Below are positions 12,901 through 24,040 of a stretch of DNA of 52,122 bases, one piece after another. A model generated the notes under the pieces. The model was given only the letters and a program-made list of their open reading frames with translations. It searched no databases and was not told the DNA's origin. The stretch is taken from NCBI GenBank assembly GCA_010909165.1, contig MU008167.1:1737220-1789341 (forward strand). The letters are read 5' to 3'. This DNA comes from Anthoceros angustus (taxonomy: Eukaryota > Plantae > Anthocerotophyta). The position numbers and the translations under genes are program-made. Numbering within the stretch: the first letter of the stretch is position 1; each line of letters starts with the position of its first letter.

Positions 12901-13620
12901 GAAGTTGTGGGCGAAGTGCTGTCCTCTACGCCATTGGCAAGCGCATTTCGAGCATGCGTGCACGGTACCGCGTACATGAGGTTGCCTCTTTTCTTGGAGG
13001 AGCATCTTGCAAAATTTAATGATCGGGGATGTGGAGTCGGTCCTGCTACAATGTGCGTTGTGGGCCCCGTTGAAGAGAGGCCTAGGAGCTCAAGGGTCGG
13101 AGATGGATTTGTCCTTCCTTCCACGGAGATATTGCGATTTATTTTGGTGCTGCGATCGAGCTTGAGGCGGAGTGCCTTGTGGGTTCCCGACACCACGTTC
13201 GCCACGGTGGCGGCTACATTGTTGTCGTGAGGCAGTCCAGGATGGGGAGGATCCAATGGTATCACTAGATTCTTGCATTTTCAATCTAGTGACCAAGACG
13301 TCTGAGGAGTTGCTCTTGGTCTGAACCCGACCGGGTTGGCGATCCCTACCGGAGTGTGCAAGTAGTAGGCGCGGATGGCGGGTTCAACATTTTTGTACTT
13401 CACCACGTTAGTGGGGTGAAGTTCGAGCCTCGATGTATAATGCGACTGGCGGGGCATATGTTTGATTACCTTTCAATGCGGCGGCCATTTCGATCAACGA
13501 GCTTGATGCGCTCATCATCCACCAAGGGGCTCCACCTCGGTGAAGGACCAAAAGAAAAAGTGAACAATTTGGCGTGGCGAGATCGGTCCCAAGCCATCCC
13601 TTGTCGGAAACTCTGAGTTG
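9993..13620. repeat. Duplicate of ~1766-5446 (copia A RT/RNase H plus unknown gene, both minus strand)
   Basis: Colinear match. Copia motif LVALYVDDLVI..LSKEFEMKDL at 10752-11030. Confidence 0.93.
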
Positions 13621-13644
13621 AGAGTGAATCTTTTAATGCCCTTC

Positions 13645-13880
13645 AAACCCTATGCATTTGTCATTTGTGCTCGAATGCGGCCCTACTAACTTTTTGTTTA
13701 TGGCTGGTGTGGGACATGTGTGCAAGATGGGTGAGTTGAAAGATGCGGTTTTATCGGCATGGCCACAAAAGGATGTCGTAATGTGGAATGCCCTTGGATT
13801 TGGTCATGCAAAATGTGATGAGTGGCATCACACTACGTTTTGACAAGTTGAGGCACAAGGATGTGGTGAAAGGGAATGCC
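13645..13880 (+). pseudogene. PLS-class PPR fragment, second copy
   Basis: ORF 13652-13843 contains GELKDAVLSAWPQKDVVMWNALGFGHAKC. Duplicate of 7880-8130. Confidence 0.8.
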
Positions 13881-13911
13881 TAAGGATCTAGCTCTTGTCG
13901 GAGTAGGTTGC

Positions 13912-14073
13912 GGATGCTTACGATGCTAAGGGAAGATGCTTAGGATGCTAAGGATGGATGATTAGGATGCTAAGGATGGATGATTAGGATGCTAAGGATG
14001 GATGATTAGGATGCTAAGGATGGATGATTAGGATGCTAAAAGGCAGATGCTGAGATGCTAAAGCGCTAAGGAT
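13912..14073 (+). repeat. 22-bp minisatellite, second copy
   Basis: Same unit as 8161-8335. Confidence 0.95.
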
Positions 14074-14350
14074 GGTGGCGGTGGCTCCTCCCACAAAGCC
14101 AACATTATCCAACAAATTGTAAAGTTTCAAACATGAAAGACAAATCAAAAAGTAGTTTGAGTTATTTGAGTAGTCCAATACATTATATAATATTAAAAAT
14201 AATTTAGATTGATTGAAGAAATTCTTGTCACTTTAAATAATTTTCAATAATAAATTATGATTAATGATCCTTGATTATTTAATTATAGTTTGAATTTTGA
14301 AACCCAACATGCTCACATGTCCTAGTGCCATAGGGTGACATGTGTGGCGG

Positions 14351-17300
14351 TGTGGAGTGAAAAGTTTGGTCATCTAGGTAGGATATAGGAAAGTCGCATA
14401 GGTAGGAGGTTGGACCCGATTATGGCAGGATCGTGATTCGAGACGCGTCATATCGGGTAGGATGTTGGGAGGTCGGTGGTAGGAATGGGACTTTGAATTT
14501 TTCCAATAGGGTACTAACCCTTGAAACTCGTAGGCTAACTGTAGTTTTATAAGCAAAAGTCCTTGGACCTTGGTAGGTCGTGGTAGGAAAAAGTACCTTG
14601 ATCCTCGGAGGATGCGGTAGGTGACCCTTGGCCTTCGGGTAGGAAAAGTTGGAGCGATTATTTCGAAGAGCAAGGAAGGCAACTTCCTTGGTCCTCGAAA
14701 TTCGAGCACATGCAGGAGGACTATATATGCAGCTAAAAGGGGCAGATATAGCAAATCAAGTTTTGAATGGAAGCACCGTCGATGGTGCCACGTGGCGGAC
14801 ATCGCGGTGGGCCGCAACTGGAGAAATCCCTACTAAAATCTGCATGTACCGGCAAAACCCTCAAGAAGGGGGTTTGGTCGCTTTGGGAAGTAAAGCGGAG
14901 GAGGCAGAGGGAGCAAGAGGCCGAGGCGAGCTGGAAGAAGGAGTTTCATGAGGGCGGTCTAGCGCGATTTCGGGAGAGGAGAAGGGAACCACCCATGTTT
15001 ACGGAGCAAGACGGCGAAGGCGTGAGGAGGCTTGTGACTTTTCTAAAGGAGGCGTGGCAGCGGTGGAGCCGAGGCTCTGCAAGAAGGCACGAGCTTAGAG
15101 AGCTGCAAGCGAGGAAGAGGCGAGTGGGTGCTAGGTGGTGTCCTGAATCCATCCATGCGAGGAGTGTCTTGGCGGTTGCGAGCCACAAGAGCGGAGGCCG
15201 GTGCCCGAGGGCGTCCGATCAAGTCATCCTAGAACGTGGAAGGTGCGCCATTTCAGCAAGCGTACTTGATACCGAGGCGCACAAAGGAGGAATCATCCCA
15301 TCGGCCCGTTCCAAGAATCAGTTTGAAAGCGACCATGGATATGTTCCTACGACCCAAGGAGGAAGTTTGGTCTCGTAATGGTTGGCGAGTTTCCATGTTC
15401 AAGGAGAGGAGTGGAATCTCTTAAGATTTGGTGGGATTGATCTGTCGCTAGGAAGACCTACATAGGCAATTCCACCTTATGATGATCTATGAGATGTCCA
15501 AGGGCAAGTTGGTAGATTGGGCAAGCATTCTCTATGAGCGGTGGTGGCTCATAGGAATCATTTGATGATGTGAGGAGGCCAAAATCGGTTTGTCTCCACC
15601 TTCCTAGTGCATCTATACCATAGGGAGGAGTTCTAGGAGGAGGAAGGCTGGAGGAAGCTAAGATAGAAGCTTCCTTGGTCCGAGTGGTGGAAGGAGCCAT
15701 CCATGGCGTGAGAGGACGAGGAGGTGAGCGGTCGACCATCCGGAAGAGACCACCACCCCACCCCACCAGCATGAAGCCTCGGGATCGGGAACCAAGAGCG
15801 ACAAGGGGAAGGAGAAGGGCATGGCGCCTCCTACGGAGAAGGTAGGAAAGGACTCGACCACCTACCATGGGGCTTCACATTGGTGGCGGTCACCACCACC
15901 AGGGGATGGCCGGTGGGACTACCTGAAGGAAAGCTCACAGGGAGGAGCTCTGACCTGGGAGAACAAGCTCCTACCAAAGGAGGAGACAGACGGGCTTGTC
16001 GCCATGGGAGTAGAGGGGCAAGGAGACCCGGAATGTTGGTGACCTACGCACAAGAGGAGGCAGGGAGGTGTGATGAGCACAGGAATCTTTCGGAGAATGG
16101 TTCACCGAGCTGTAGGAGATTGGACTAAAGCTAGTAGATGCCGTAGAAAGTTTGAGAAGCTGAAGTTCGTCTTGAACTTCTGGGATGTGAAGAAGGAGTT
16201 GGATGATGTGGACAAGAAGCTCATGGGAGCTCAAGAGAACCTCCAGAAGCAACACTCTATCGTGGACTTGGCCAAAGAGCGAGATAGACTCACCACAAAG
16301 TTGATGAATGTGTGGAAATGATAGACCAAGTCTTGGGGAGGAAGCCGGTTTAACCAAGAAGGCTGAGGAGATGGAAGCCGCCAAGAGTCGAGGCGGAAGA
16401 GCGTTTGAGGCGGCACTAGAAAGGGTAGGAGAAGTGAATCGAGAAAGGAGGCAGCCACACTACTAGCAAGGCCCGAAAGGACCTTGAAGATGAGAAGGAC
16501 CTCCTACAAAGAGATTGCTGGCCATGGACAAGCGAAAGGAATACTATAAAGGAAATCGTGGCCTAGCAAGTGAGAAATAGGAATGGGACAACGTGGCTAG
16601 AGGACTTGAGGGAGCTCCGCATCACAAGGGAACTCCACGGACCAGCGTATAGCAATCAAACCACCTTGCCAATGCCTACGGACGGAGGCAAGGAATTGTA
16701 GGAAGGAAGTGGACGGTTCGACACACCTAAAGGCGTTACAAGGTCTCGGGGAAGAACAAGCTAGAGCCCGGCGGCAGCCGGTGAAGGCGCAGTCGAAGCC
16801 AAGCAAAAGATGAAGAGAATTGGGAAGCTCACCTTGGAACTAGAAAGGCGGAGATCGAAGAGAGACCATGTAAATTGGCGGATATGGTTGAGTGGAAAGA
16901 ACGCGTCAACCCACTACAAGTCAAAATCATGGACACACAAAAGAGGGAAAGTTGAGTGGCCACTTACTACAACAACCTCCAGAAGCCATTGAGGAAAAAT
17001 ACAACGAGGAGGAAGAGGAGGCGGATCGCCATCCCTAACGCTGAGGGCATGCCAACTTTAAAACTTGGGCTGCTCCTCATTCGAAGAGGTTAGGCTGGAA
17101 TATCCCTTAATAGTGGTATCTAGGTAGAAAGTTTGAGGAAGCCGTGAGTTCGTCTTGAACTTGGGATGTGAAGAAGGAGTTGGATGATGTGGACAAGAAG
17201 CTCATGGGAGCTCAAGAGAACCTCCGAGAAGCAACACTCTCGTGGACTTGGCCAAAGAGCGAGATAGACTCACCACAAAGTTGATGAATGTGTGGAAATG

Positions 17301-18099
17301 ATAGACCAAGTCTTGGGGAGGAAGCCAGGTTTAACCAAGAAGAGGAGATGGAAGCCGCCAAGAGTCAGGTGAAGAGCGTTTGAGGCGGCACTAGAAAGGG
17401 TAGGAGAAGTGAATCGAGAAAGGAGGCAGCCACTACCACTAGCAAGGCAAAGGACCTTGAAGATGAGAAGGACCTCCTACAAAGAGATTGCTGGCCATGG
17501 ACAAGCGAAAGGAATACTATAAAGAAATGATGGCCTAGCAAGTGAGAAAGCAGAATGGGACAACGTGGCTAGAGGACTTAGGGAGCTCGCATCACAAGGG
17601 AACTCCGGACCAGCGATAGCAATCAAACCACCTTGCCAATGCCTACGGACGGAGGCAAGGAATTGTAGGAAGGAAGTCTTGTGGTTCGACACACCTAAAG
17701 GCGACAAGCTCTCGTGGAAGAAGAACAAGCTAGAGCCACGCAGCGTAGCGCTTGGTGGCCAAGCAAAAGATGAAGAGATTGGGAAGCTCACCTTGGGGCT
17801 AGAAAGGCGGAGATCGAAGAGAGACCATTTATGTGAAGGTGGCGAGATATGGTTGAGTGGAAAGAACGCGTCAACCCACTACAAGTCAAAATCATGGACA
17901 CACAAAAGAGGGAAAGTTGCAGAGTGGCCACTTACAACAACCTCCTGGAAGCCATTGAGGAAAAATACAACGAGGAGGAAGAGGAGACGGATCTGGCCAT
18001 CCTAACGCCTGAGGGCATGCCAACTTTAAAACTTGGGCTGCTCCTCATTCGAAGAGGTTAGGCTGGAATATCCCTTAATAGTGGTATCTAGGTAGAAAG
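14351..18099 (+). mobile_element. Giant-LTR family LTR, 3'-truncated, with LTR-borne ORF at ~14845-18060
   Basis: Starts TGTGGAGTGAAAAGTTTGG. Conserved domain at ~14950-15570, then an E/K-rich heptad-like region (VKKELDDVDKKLMGAQENLQKQ). No LTR 3' end found. Confidence 0.65.
16143..18099 (+). repeat. ~0.98-kb tandem duplication (16143-17123 and 17124-18091)
   Basis: Colinear units with GTAGAAAG at 16143, 17124 and 18092. Confidence 0.93.
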
Positions 18100-18319
18100 G
18101 GATTTCTCTGGTAACCCCTTTTTGCACACGGACTTCCGCAAACCCTAAATTGCATGCTAAAAAATCCGCAATAAAAACGGCCATTTTGAAGAGTCTAGGT
18201 CTTATATACGCGTGCACAAACGTATTTGATTTTAAACTTTATCCAATTCTTAGCCTTCCTAAAAGAAGGTCATTCTCACAATCGCACGTGTGCAAACATT
18301 TAGAGTTCTTGGGGCTTGT

Positions 18320-18914
18320 GATTCTAGTGCAAGTTTGTTTGCAAGACCAACCTTTCACTCGAACCACCAATCATAAGACTATACTCTCGCTTTGGGAATT
18401 CTACAGGACTTTGTTTCTTATACATTGGGACAATAATATCTTCGTTGACCAGATGCTCTTGATCCGTGCAAGGCGAGAAGAGGGTGGTATGGGCTTGAGG
18501 AGCTTCTCCTATGGTGGAGTAAGCCTCATACATGATTGTTCCCCAATCCGACGGCTCCTCTTACAATCTTCCACAAGAATTGTAAGAAGTTGGTCAAATA
18601 AGAGGTGCTGATAATTTACTAACCCCAAGACAATTTTGGAGAAGAGCATCCACTTGAGCTCCTCGATGTTCTCCGCCTTCCAGCTTTTGGTTTTGGCCTT
18701 CATCCCTCCATCGATGAGGTCCAAAACCTCCTGATGTATGTAAACAACGTAGCTTTCCTCCTCGTCTTCCATACACTGACGATGCTCGATTGTCCAACAG
18801 CGGGGACCAGTCCTAGCATTCCTCTCGCAACGCGGGCTGCCTCGATTGGTGAAGATTGACATAGCATTCTTCAATCAGCTCTAAATTGGTGTAGGCCCAT
18901 TGGTGGCCATACAC
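18320..18914 (-). pseudogene. Fragment of the LTR-borne ORF family, interrupted by the 18915-31790 insertion (continues at 31791-31834)
   Basis: VYGHQWAYTNLELIEECYVNL..ERNARTGPRCWT..KWMLFSKIVLGLVNYQ..DWGTIMYEAY. Removing the insertion restores a sequence matching GGCCATACACCCATCCAATTGGATGTTATCC at ~42891-42921. Confidence 0.85.
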
Positions 18915-21696
18915 TGTGGAACGCAAAAGTTTGGGCAACCAGCCCAAAAGAGCCCAACGAACAAGTTTGATTTTTTGGCTAGGAACGATTGAAGAGGAGC
19001 ATGAGAAATTTTAGAATCTTGAAGCTGAGTTGTAGGATATTGTTAGGAAGGCGAAGAGGATATCCGAGGAAGAAGAACGGGTCAAAACGACCCCGTGCAA
19101 GGCGTAATGGCAGTCAGGGCGGTGGTGGCACTACCGTCAGTGGGCGCCACACCACGTCGGTAGGTCGAGAGGAAGGCACTACCGGTAGGTGGCGATCTTG
19201 GACAAAAGGGAAATTAGGATAGGGAGATATCCACTATATATGCCCACCAATAGTGGACTAGATAAATGGGTCGAATAGGAAATTAAAAGCTAGATTGGGC
19301 CGTTAGGAAACTAGGGGAAATAGTATCTTAGTATAAGAGGAATTGGGAAACTCCAATCAAGCTGTAGAAAAGGTGCCACGTGGTGCATATCCAAGGCGAG
19401 TAGATTGGTAGTTACCATTCCTAACCCCAAGTTATCTTTATAATCTGCTGCATGTGTGTAGGAGGTCACAACTTGAAGGTGAGGAAGCGCCAACACTGCA
19501 GGAAGGCGCCGCCACACCAAGAGTCAGAGAAGAGACACGGTGACACGTACGTGCGCAGTGCGGATAGAGAAGAGGCGCGAGCTAGGCAGTAGAGGAGGAA
19601 AATAGGCAAGACAAGTAGGGGTGCAACAAGAGAAGAAGAAGGAAGGAAAGGGCCGGGGTGGAAGGAAGAAGGCAATGCTTGCCCAAGCCCAAAGGAGTGT
19701 TGGGAAGAGCAAGGCATGTCAAAATTGAAGAGAAATTGCGGAGAAGGGACTCTCAACTTGCTGGAGAAGATGTAAGAATCCGTGAAACGCCCTTAGAGAA
19801 TTCCTTCTTTCGAAATCACAGCAATTGGAAACTCGTGCTGGAAAAGCAAGGGTATAAGAGCTAGGGGTGTGAGCAAGGGCGAGGTCAAGGCCGGGTGTGT
19901 GTGTGGAAATTGCAAGGAGTGGAAGGTTCTTGGCATCCATTCGAGATTGTCCATCTCGAGGCCAAGCATGGAAAGACCATTGCCTTTTATGTTGAAGAAG
20001 ACACTGGAGGACAGGCATCGTCAAGCGCTGCAGCATCAAGGCTGGAGGACTCTGCGAAGGAAGAGGAGGAAGTAGTGGTAGAACCCGAGGGGTTGTGGGA
20101 GGAGGAGGAAACCTCCATGAGCGAGCCCCAGAGGAGCTCAAGAGATGCAGCGGATAGGGCCAAATGGTGTATAGGGGACGCCTACCATGGTAGGTGCACA
20201 CCCTACCGTGATAGGAACAACACGTACAAGGGTGAGTGGGGTACCCACTATAGCCCGGTACCCAAAGACCGGTGGTAGGCAGCCCTGGTAGGTGGGCAGC
20301 CTCTGGCGGAGGAAGGAATTGGAGTGCCTAGCACATGTTGCGGGTGAAGGCCACAAGGCGAAGGATGAAGAAGAGAGAAGAGCTGGAGTTATGGAATGCT
20401 AGTCATTTGCAAGAGGAGGCCATGGCGGTCAAGCATGTGGAAGTACTTGCAGTGGAGTAATGATGTGAGGATGGCATGATAGGGCCGTGTCGAACTAGGA
20501 GAGGCCATGGCTGAATTTACAGCTGGGCTGCAAGATGGAGGTGGCGCACAGGGTAGTATTGCGGATGGGCTGCAATATGGTGAAGGAATCGCAATGGGGT
20601 GTGCATCATGAAGGCAAAATTCGCAGCTGCAAGTAGGTGTGAAGGAGGTCGTTGTGGTGGCGAGGAGAATTGGGCAGCAAGGTAGGCTGATTCGAGAGTT
20701 GGTCAAGGAGTTCGCTAAGGAGAAATGTGGAGAAGGAGCTTGGTGAGGAGTTCAATAATGAAACAAATGTATGCAAAAAGATATGCACAAGGGAACTTGG
20801 TGTGTTGGATGTGGATATAAGAACTCGAGTTAAGCGTCCTTGGGCGGATCAGCGCGGATGGGGTGCCTTTTGTGTGAGGAGTATGAGCTTATATTTGCAA
20901 AAGACACAAGGGAGCTGATTGGGAAAGTTCTTAGTAGGGGAGTTGCAGCACGCATTTTGGTGAGGATTGAGCTTTTTCCTTGGGTTTTGATGGTAGGATG
21001 GTCTCTATGGGCGCCTAGGGCCAAGGAGATGCAGGAATGTTGCTCTTGCACAAGAGCTGAAGGATTGATGACTTAAGAGCCTTCTTGGTGCAAACCAACT
21101 AGGGTCTTGAATTTGTGCAAGATGGATGGAAAAGGATCCTTAGATTCATGGTGGGGATTGATGGCTACGATAGAAATTAGAGGTTATGGCTGGTGTGCAA
21201 ATAATGGATGGGATATGGCCACATGCTTGCAGAACCACTCAAATCTATGGCTGCAATTTAGGAGCTCTGCTATAATTGTCGCATGAGAAGACCGGAGCTG
21301 TCTAAAAGTGCAGGAGTGAGCTAGAGCTTGTGTGTGCCCTCCCTGTGTGTGCCTTCTTAAGAGTGATGCCGCCATCTCCTCTTGGTGTTCTCTTTTCTTG
21401 TGGCATCAATTTCTTGGGTCTTGGTGCCTTGGCTTGGTTTTGAGAGTGAATTTCTTCTAAGAGAGGGATGTCCTTAGTGTTCTTGGTGCTTAGCTTGGTG
21501 TTTGTTCTCCTCATGGGATTGCTAAGAGCCAAGCTGCAAGGATGAGGCTGGTTCGGAGGAAGCCGTGTGGATGCCGTGAAGGGTTTCAAGGCCAAGAAAC
21601 CCCAACTCATGAAGCGCATGGTGGTAGTTTGGAGTGTAAACCCATTGCCAAAAATATTGGATGGCATGGTGTGTGGAGGCCTACAATAATTGTGAA

Positions 21697-21808
21697 GAGG
21701 AGGAGGTTGTATGTGGAAGGCCTCCTATAAGAGGAGGAGGTTGTATGTGGAAGGCCTCCTATAAGAGGAGGAGGTTGTATGTGGAAGGCCTCCTATAAGA
21801 GGAGGAGG
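21697..21808 (+). repeat. 3 x 34-bp tandem repeat GAGGAGGAGGTTGTATGTGGAAGGCCTCCTATAA
   Basis: Perfect units. Copy of 23162-23201. Absent at the equivalent site (~29465) of the 3' LTR. Confidence 0.95.
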
Positions 21809-23161
21809 AAGAGGGAAGGAGAAGGAGGTCACTTGTTCCACAAGTGAAGGAGAGGAGGAGGAAGAGGGAAGGTAGGGGTCACCCTACCACGGTGGGAGGC
21901 AGCCCCGCCGTGGGAGGCGCCACCGGCGTGAGGAGGCAGCCTACGCGTGGGTCTGCAAGGAGGCAATGGATGCAAGTGCTATTGAGGCGATGGTAGGAGG
22001 CAAGTACACAGAGATGTTAAGGAGGAGGTTGTCTCCCTAGGAGAATGAAAAATCACAAAGAGGAGCTCAACCTACCAACATAAGTGCAGGAGCAAGGAGG
22101 TCACTTGTTCCACAAGTGAAGGAGAGGAGGATGAGTCCTCGCGCCAAAGGAAGGAGATGGCGCAGAAGCAAGGTAGGGGTCACCCTACCACGGTGATACC
22201 CTACCACAGTAGTCTGGGACTACCGTGGTGCTGCCACCCACGGTAGTCGCACTACGGTAGGGGCGGTACCTACGGGCGTGGGACTGGGGAGCCAGCCACG
22301 AAGGCCCGATTGAGGATGGAAGGGGGTCCAACATGCCCCTAAGATAGATGATAAGGTGGTTGAGGAGCAATGCCACCGGGAAGACCAAAGGCGGGGTATG
22401 GCCCGTGAAGAGGGGAGGGTAAGAAATTCCCTCACCCCACGGATAAGGGAGGAGCCAGCCAAGAGAGGAGACCAACGCAAAGAAGGCCCGGAGGAATTAG
22501 CGAGGTGACAACATCGGCAAATGGGGAGGAACCTTTGAAGACATGCTCCATGATAGGTATGGACAAATCAAACAGGAAAGGAGCAAAAAGGATCTCAAGG
22601 ACCATCACCGATGAGGAAGAGGGAAGGAGATAGGGACCAGACTACCATGGTAGGTAGTCACCTAGATGCGGACTACCGTAGGGTGCCCTTTGAAGGAGAG
22701 CGGTCGTCGGTGGAGGCTAGAAGATGGGCCATTCGAGTGCGGAAGGGGCGCGATTGCTGGATGGCAGAGGAATCGGCGCCGCCCAGAAAGAAGAAGGGCA
22801 GAAGGTACTTGCCCCAAAGGTCGGAAGGCGGAAGGTGGTGCCCCAAAAGTCATGAGGAGTCGAGGAGGCGGGAAGACCAGCAAAAAGGGAAGACCAGCAA
22901 AGGGGATGAGAAGACCAACCGAGGGAACCCGTTGCCACCCAGCAAGATAAGGACTGAGAATTGTCAATGACCATAAATGAGCTTTGGGGAATGGGAAGGA
23001 TAGGTGGTGTAGGTTGGCAACATTAAAGAGTGGCCATAGGTGAAGTTGCTAGAATAGAATTTACCTAGGATCAGAGAGTAGACTTAGATGCCAGGCCTTA
23101 AATGCTGGCGGTAGGAAATAATAGAATATTGGAAAAGGTGACCTGCAGTAGGGTCACCCAA

Positions 23162-23201
23162 GGGAGGTTGTATGTGGAAGGCCTCCTATAAGAGGAGGAG
23201 G
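23162..23201 (+). promoter_or_regulatory. Putative LTR TATA box (CCTCCTATAAGAGGAGG)
   Basis: Conserved ~0.8-0.9 kb from the LTR 3' end in four LTRs: 23182, ~30918, ~36615 and minus strand ~39963-39979. Promoter function is inferred. Confidence 0.55.
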
Positions 23202-24040
23202 ATTTCACAAAGTAAAGTATCATGTCTTGCGCTTCCACGCTCATCGAGTCCTTTGCCATTACAGAGGAATTTCGTGCCGGCTGTGAGCCAACACAGCGTC
23301 TGGTAGAGAGGAAGTCGCGGTGGTCGGAGTGCTTGGTGGAGGACTTGCTCGCTGCAAGTGCCTAAACGAGTTGCTCCCCTTGTGAATGGTTGCTGTGAAA
23401 TTGCTTTGCTTTGGGTGTGTGGCAAATGCCCAGAGAACTCTCGGCTTGAGGGTAGACTACAGGGAAAGACTCCCTGGAGGTTCTCATTGTCAGTGTGTCA
23501 AACTCATAGCAACCGCCCAAGGAAGAACTTGCTAGGCGGACCCCAGGCGGTTGTGCCGTAAGGGGCAGTCGAGCAAGAAGCCCGAACGAGGTTAGACTAG
23601 GAGGAAGAGGATGAGGAGATGAGAAGATGAGTAGAGGATTAGAGGTGTAGGTGTTAGTGGAAGGCCTGCTAAGGGACGAATCCCAAACTGCAAGTAAAGA
23701 GCGCTCCCGAGTGGAGAAGTAGGTCTTAGAAGTAGGGACGAAATCGCGGTGTGAACTGGGGTCCCAGGCGCCCGTGGTAGGCTCCTCTTGAGGCGGGACC
23801 TGCAATTGTGTTGTGTCGTTGTAGGTCGGAGGTTGTGATTTTAGCGTGCAAGTGGTGCAGGTGCAGAGGAGGGAGTGGGCGCCTTGCTCGTGGAATGAGA
23901 AGTGTCACTGCGGTAGCGATCGGGCATCACAAGGCCTCGAACTTTCACACAAGTCTCATGGGACGAACCCAACGTCAAGCGACGTGGGATAAGTGTGGCC
24001 GCTATAGTGGGAGGACCTGAGTGCCCTTCTCCCTACCACA

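Larger units (their letters stand above)
18915..24040 (+). repeat. 5' LTR, 5126 bp
   Basis: TGTGGAACGCAAAAGTTTGGGCAACC to CTCCCTACCACA, followed by TTTTTGGC (PBS-like position, tRNA not assigned). Confidence 0.93.
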
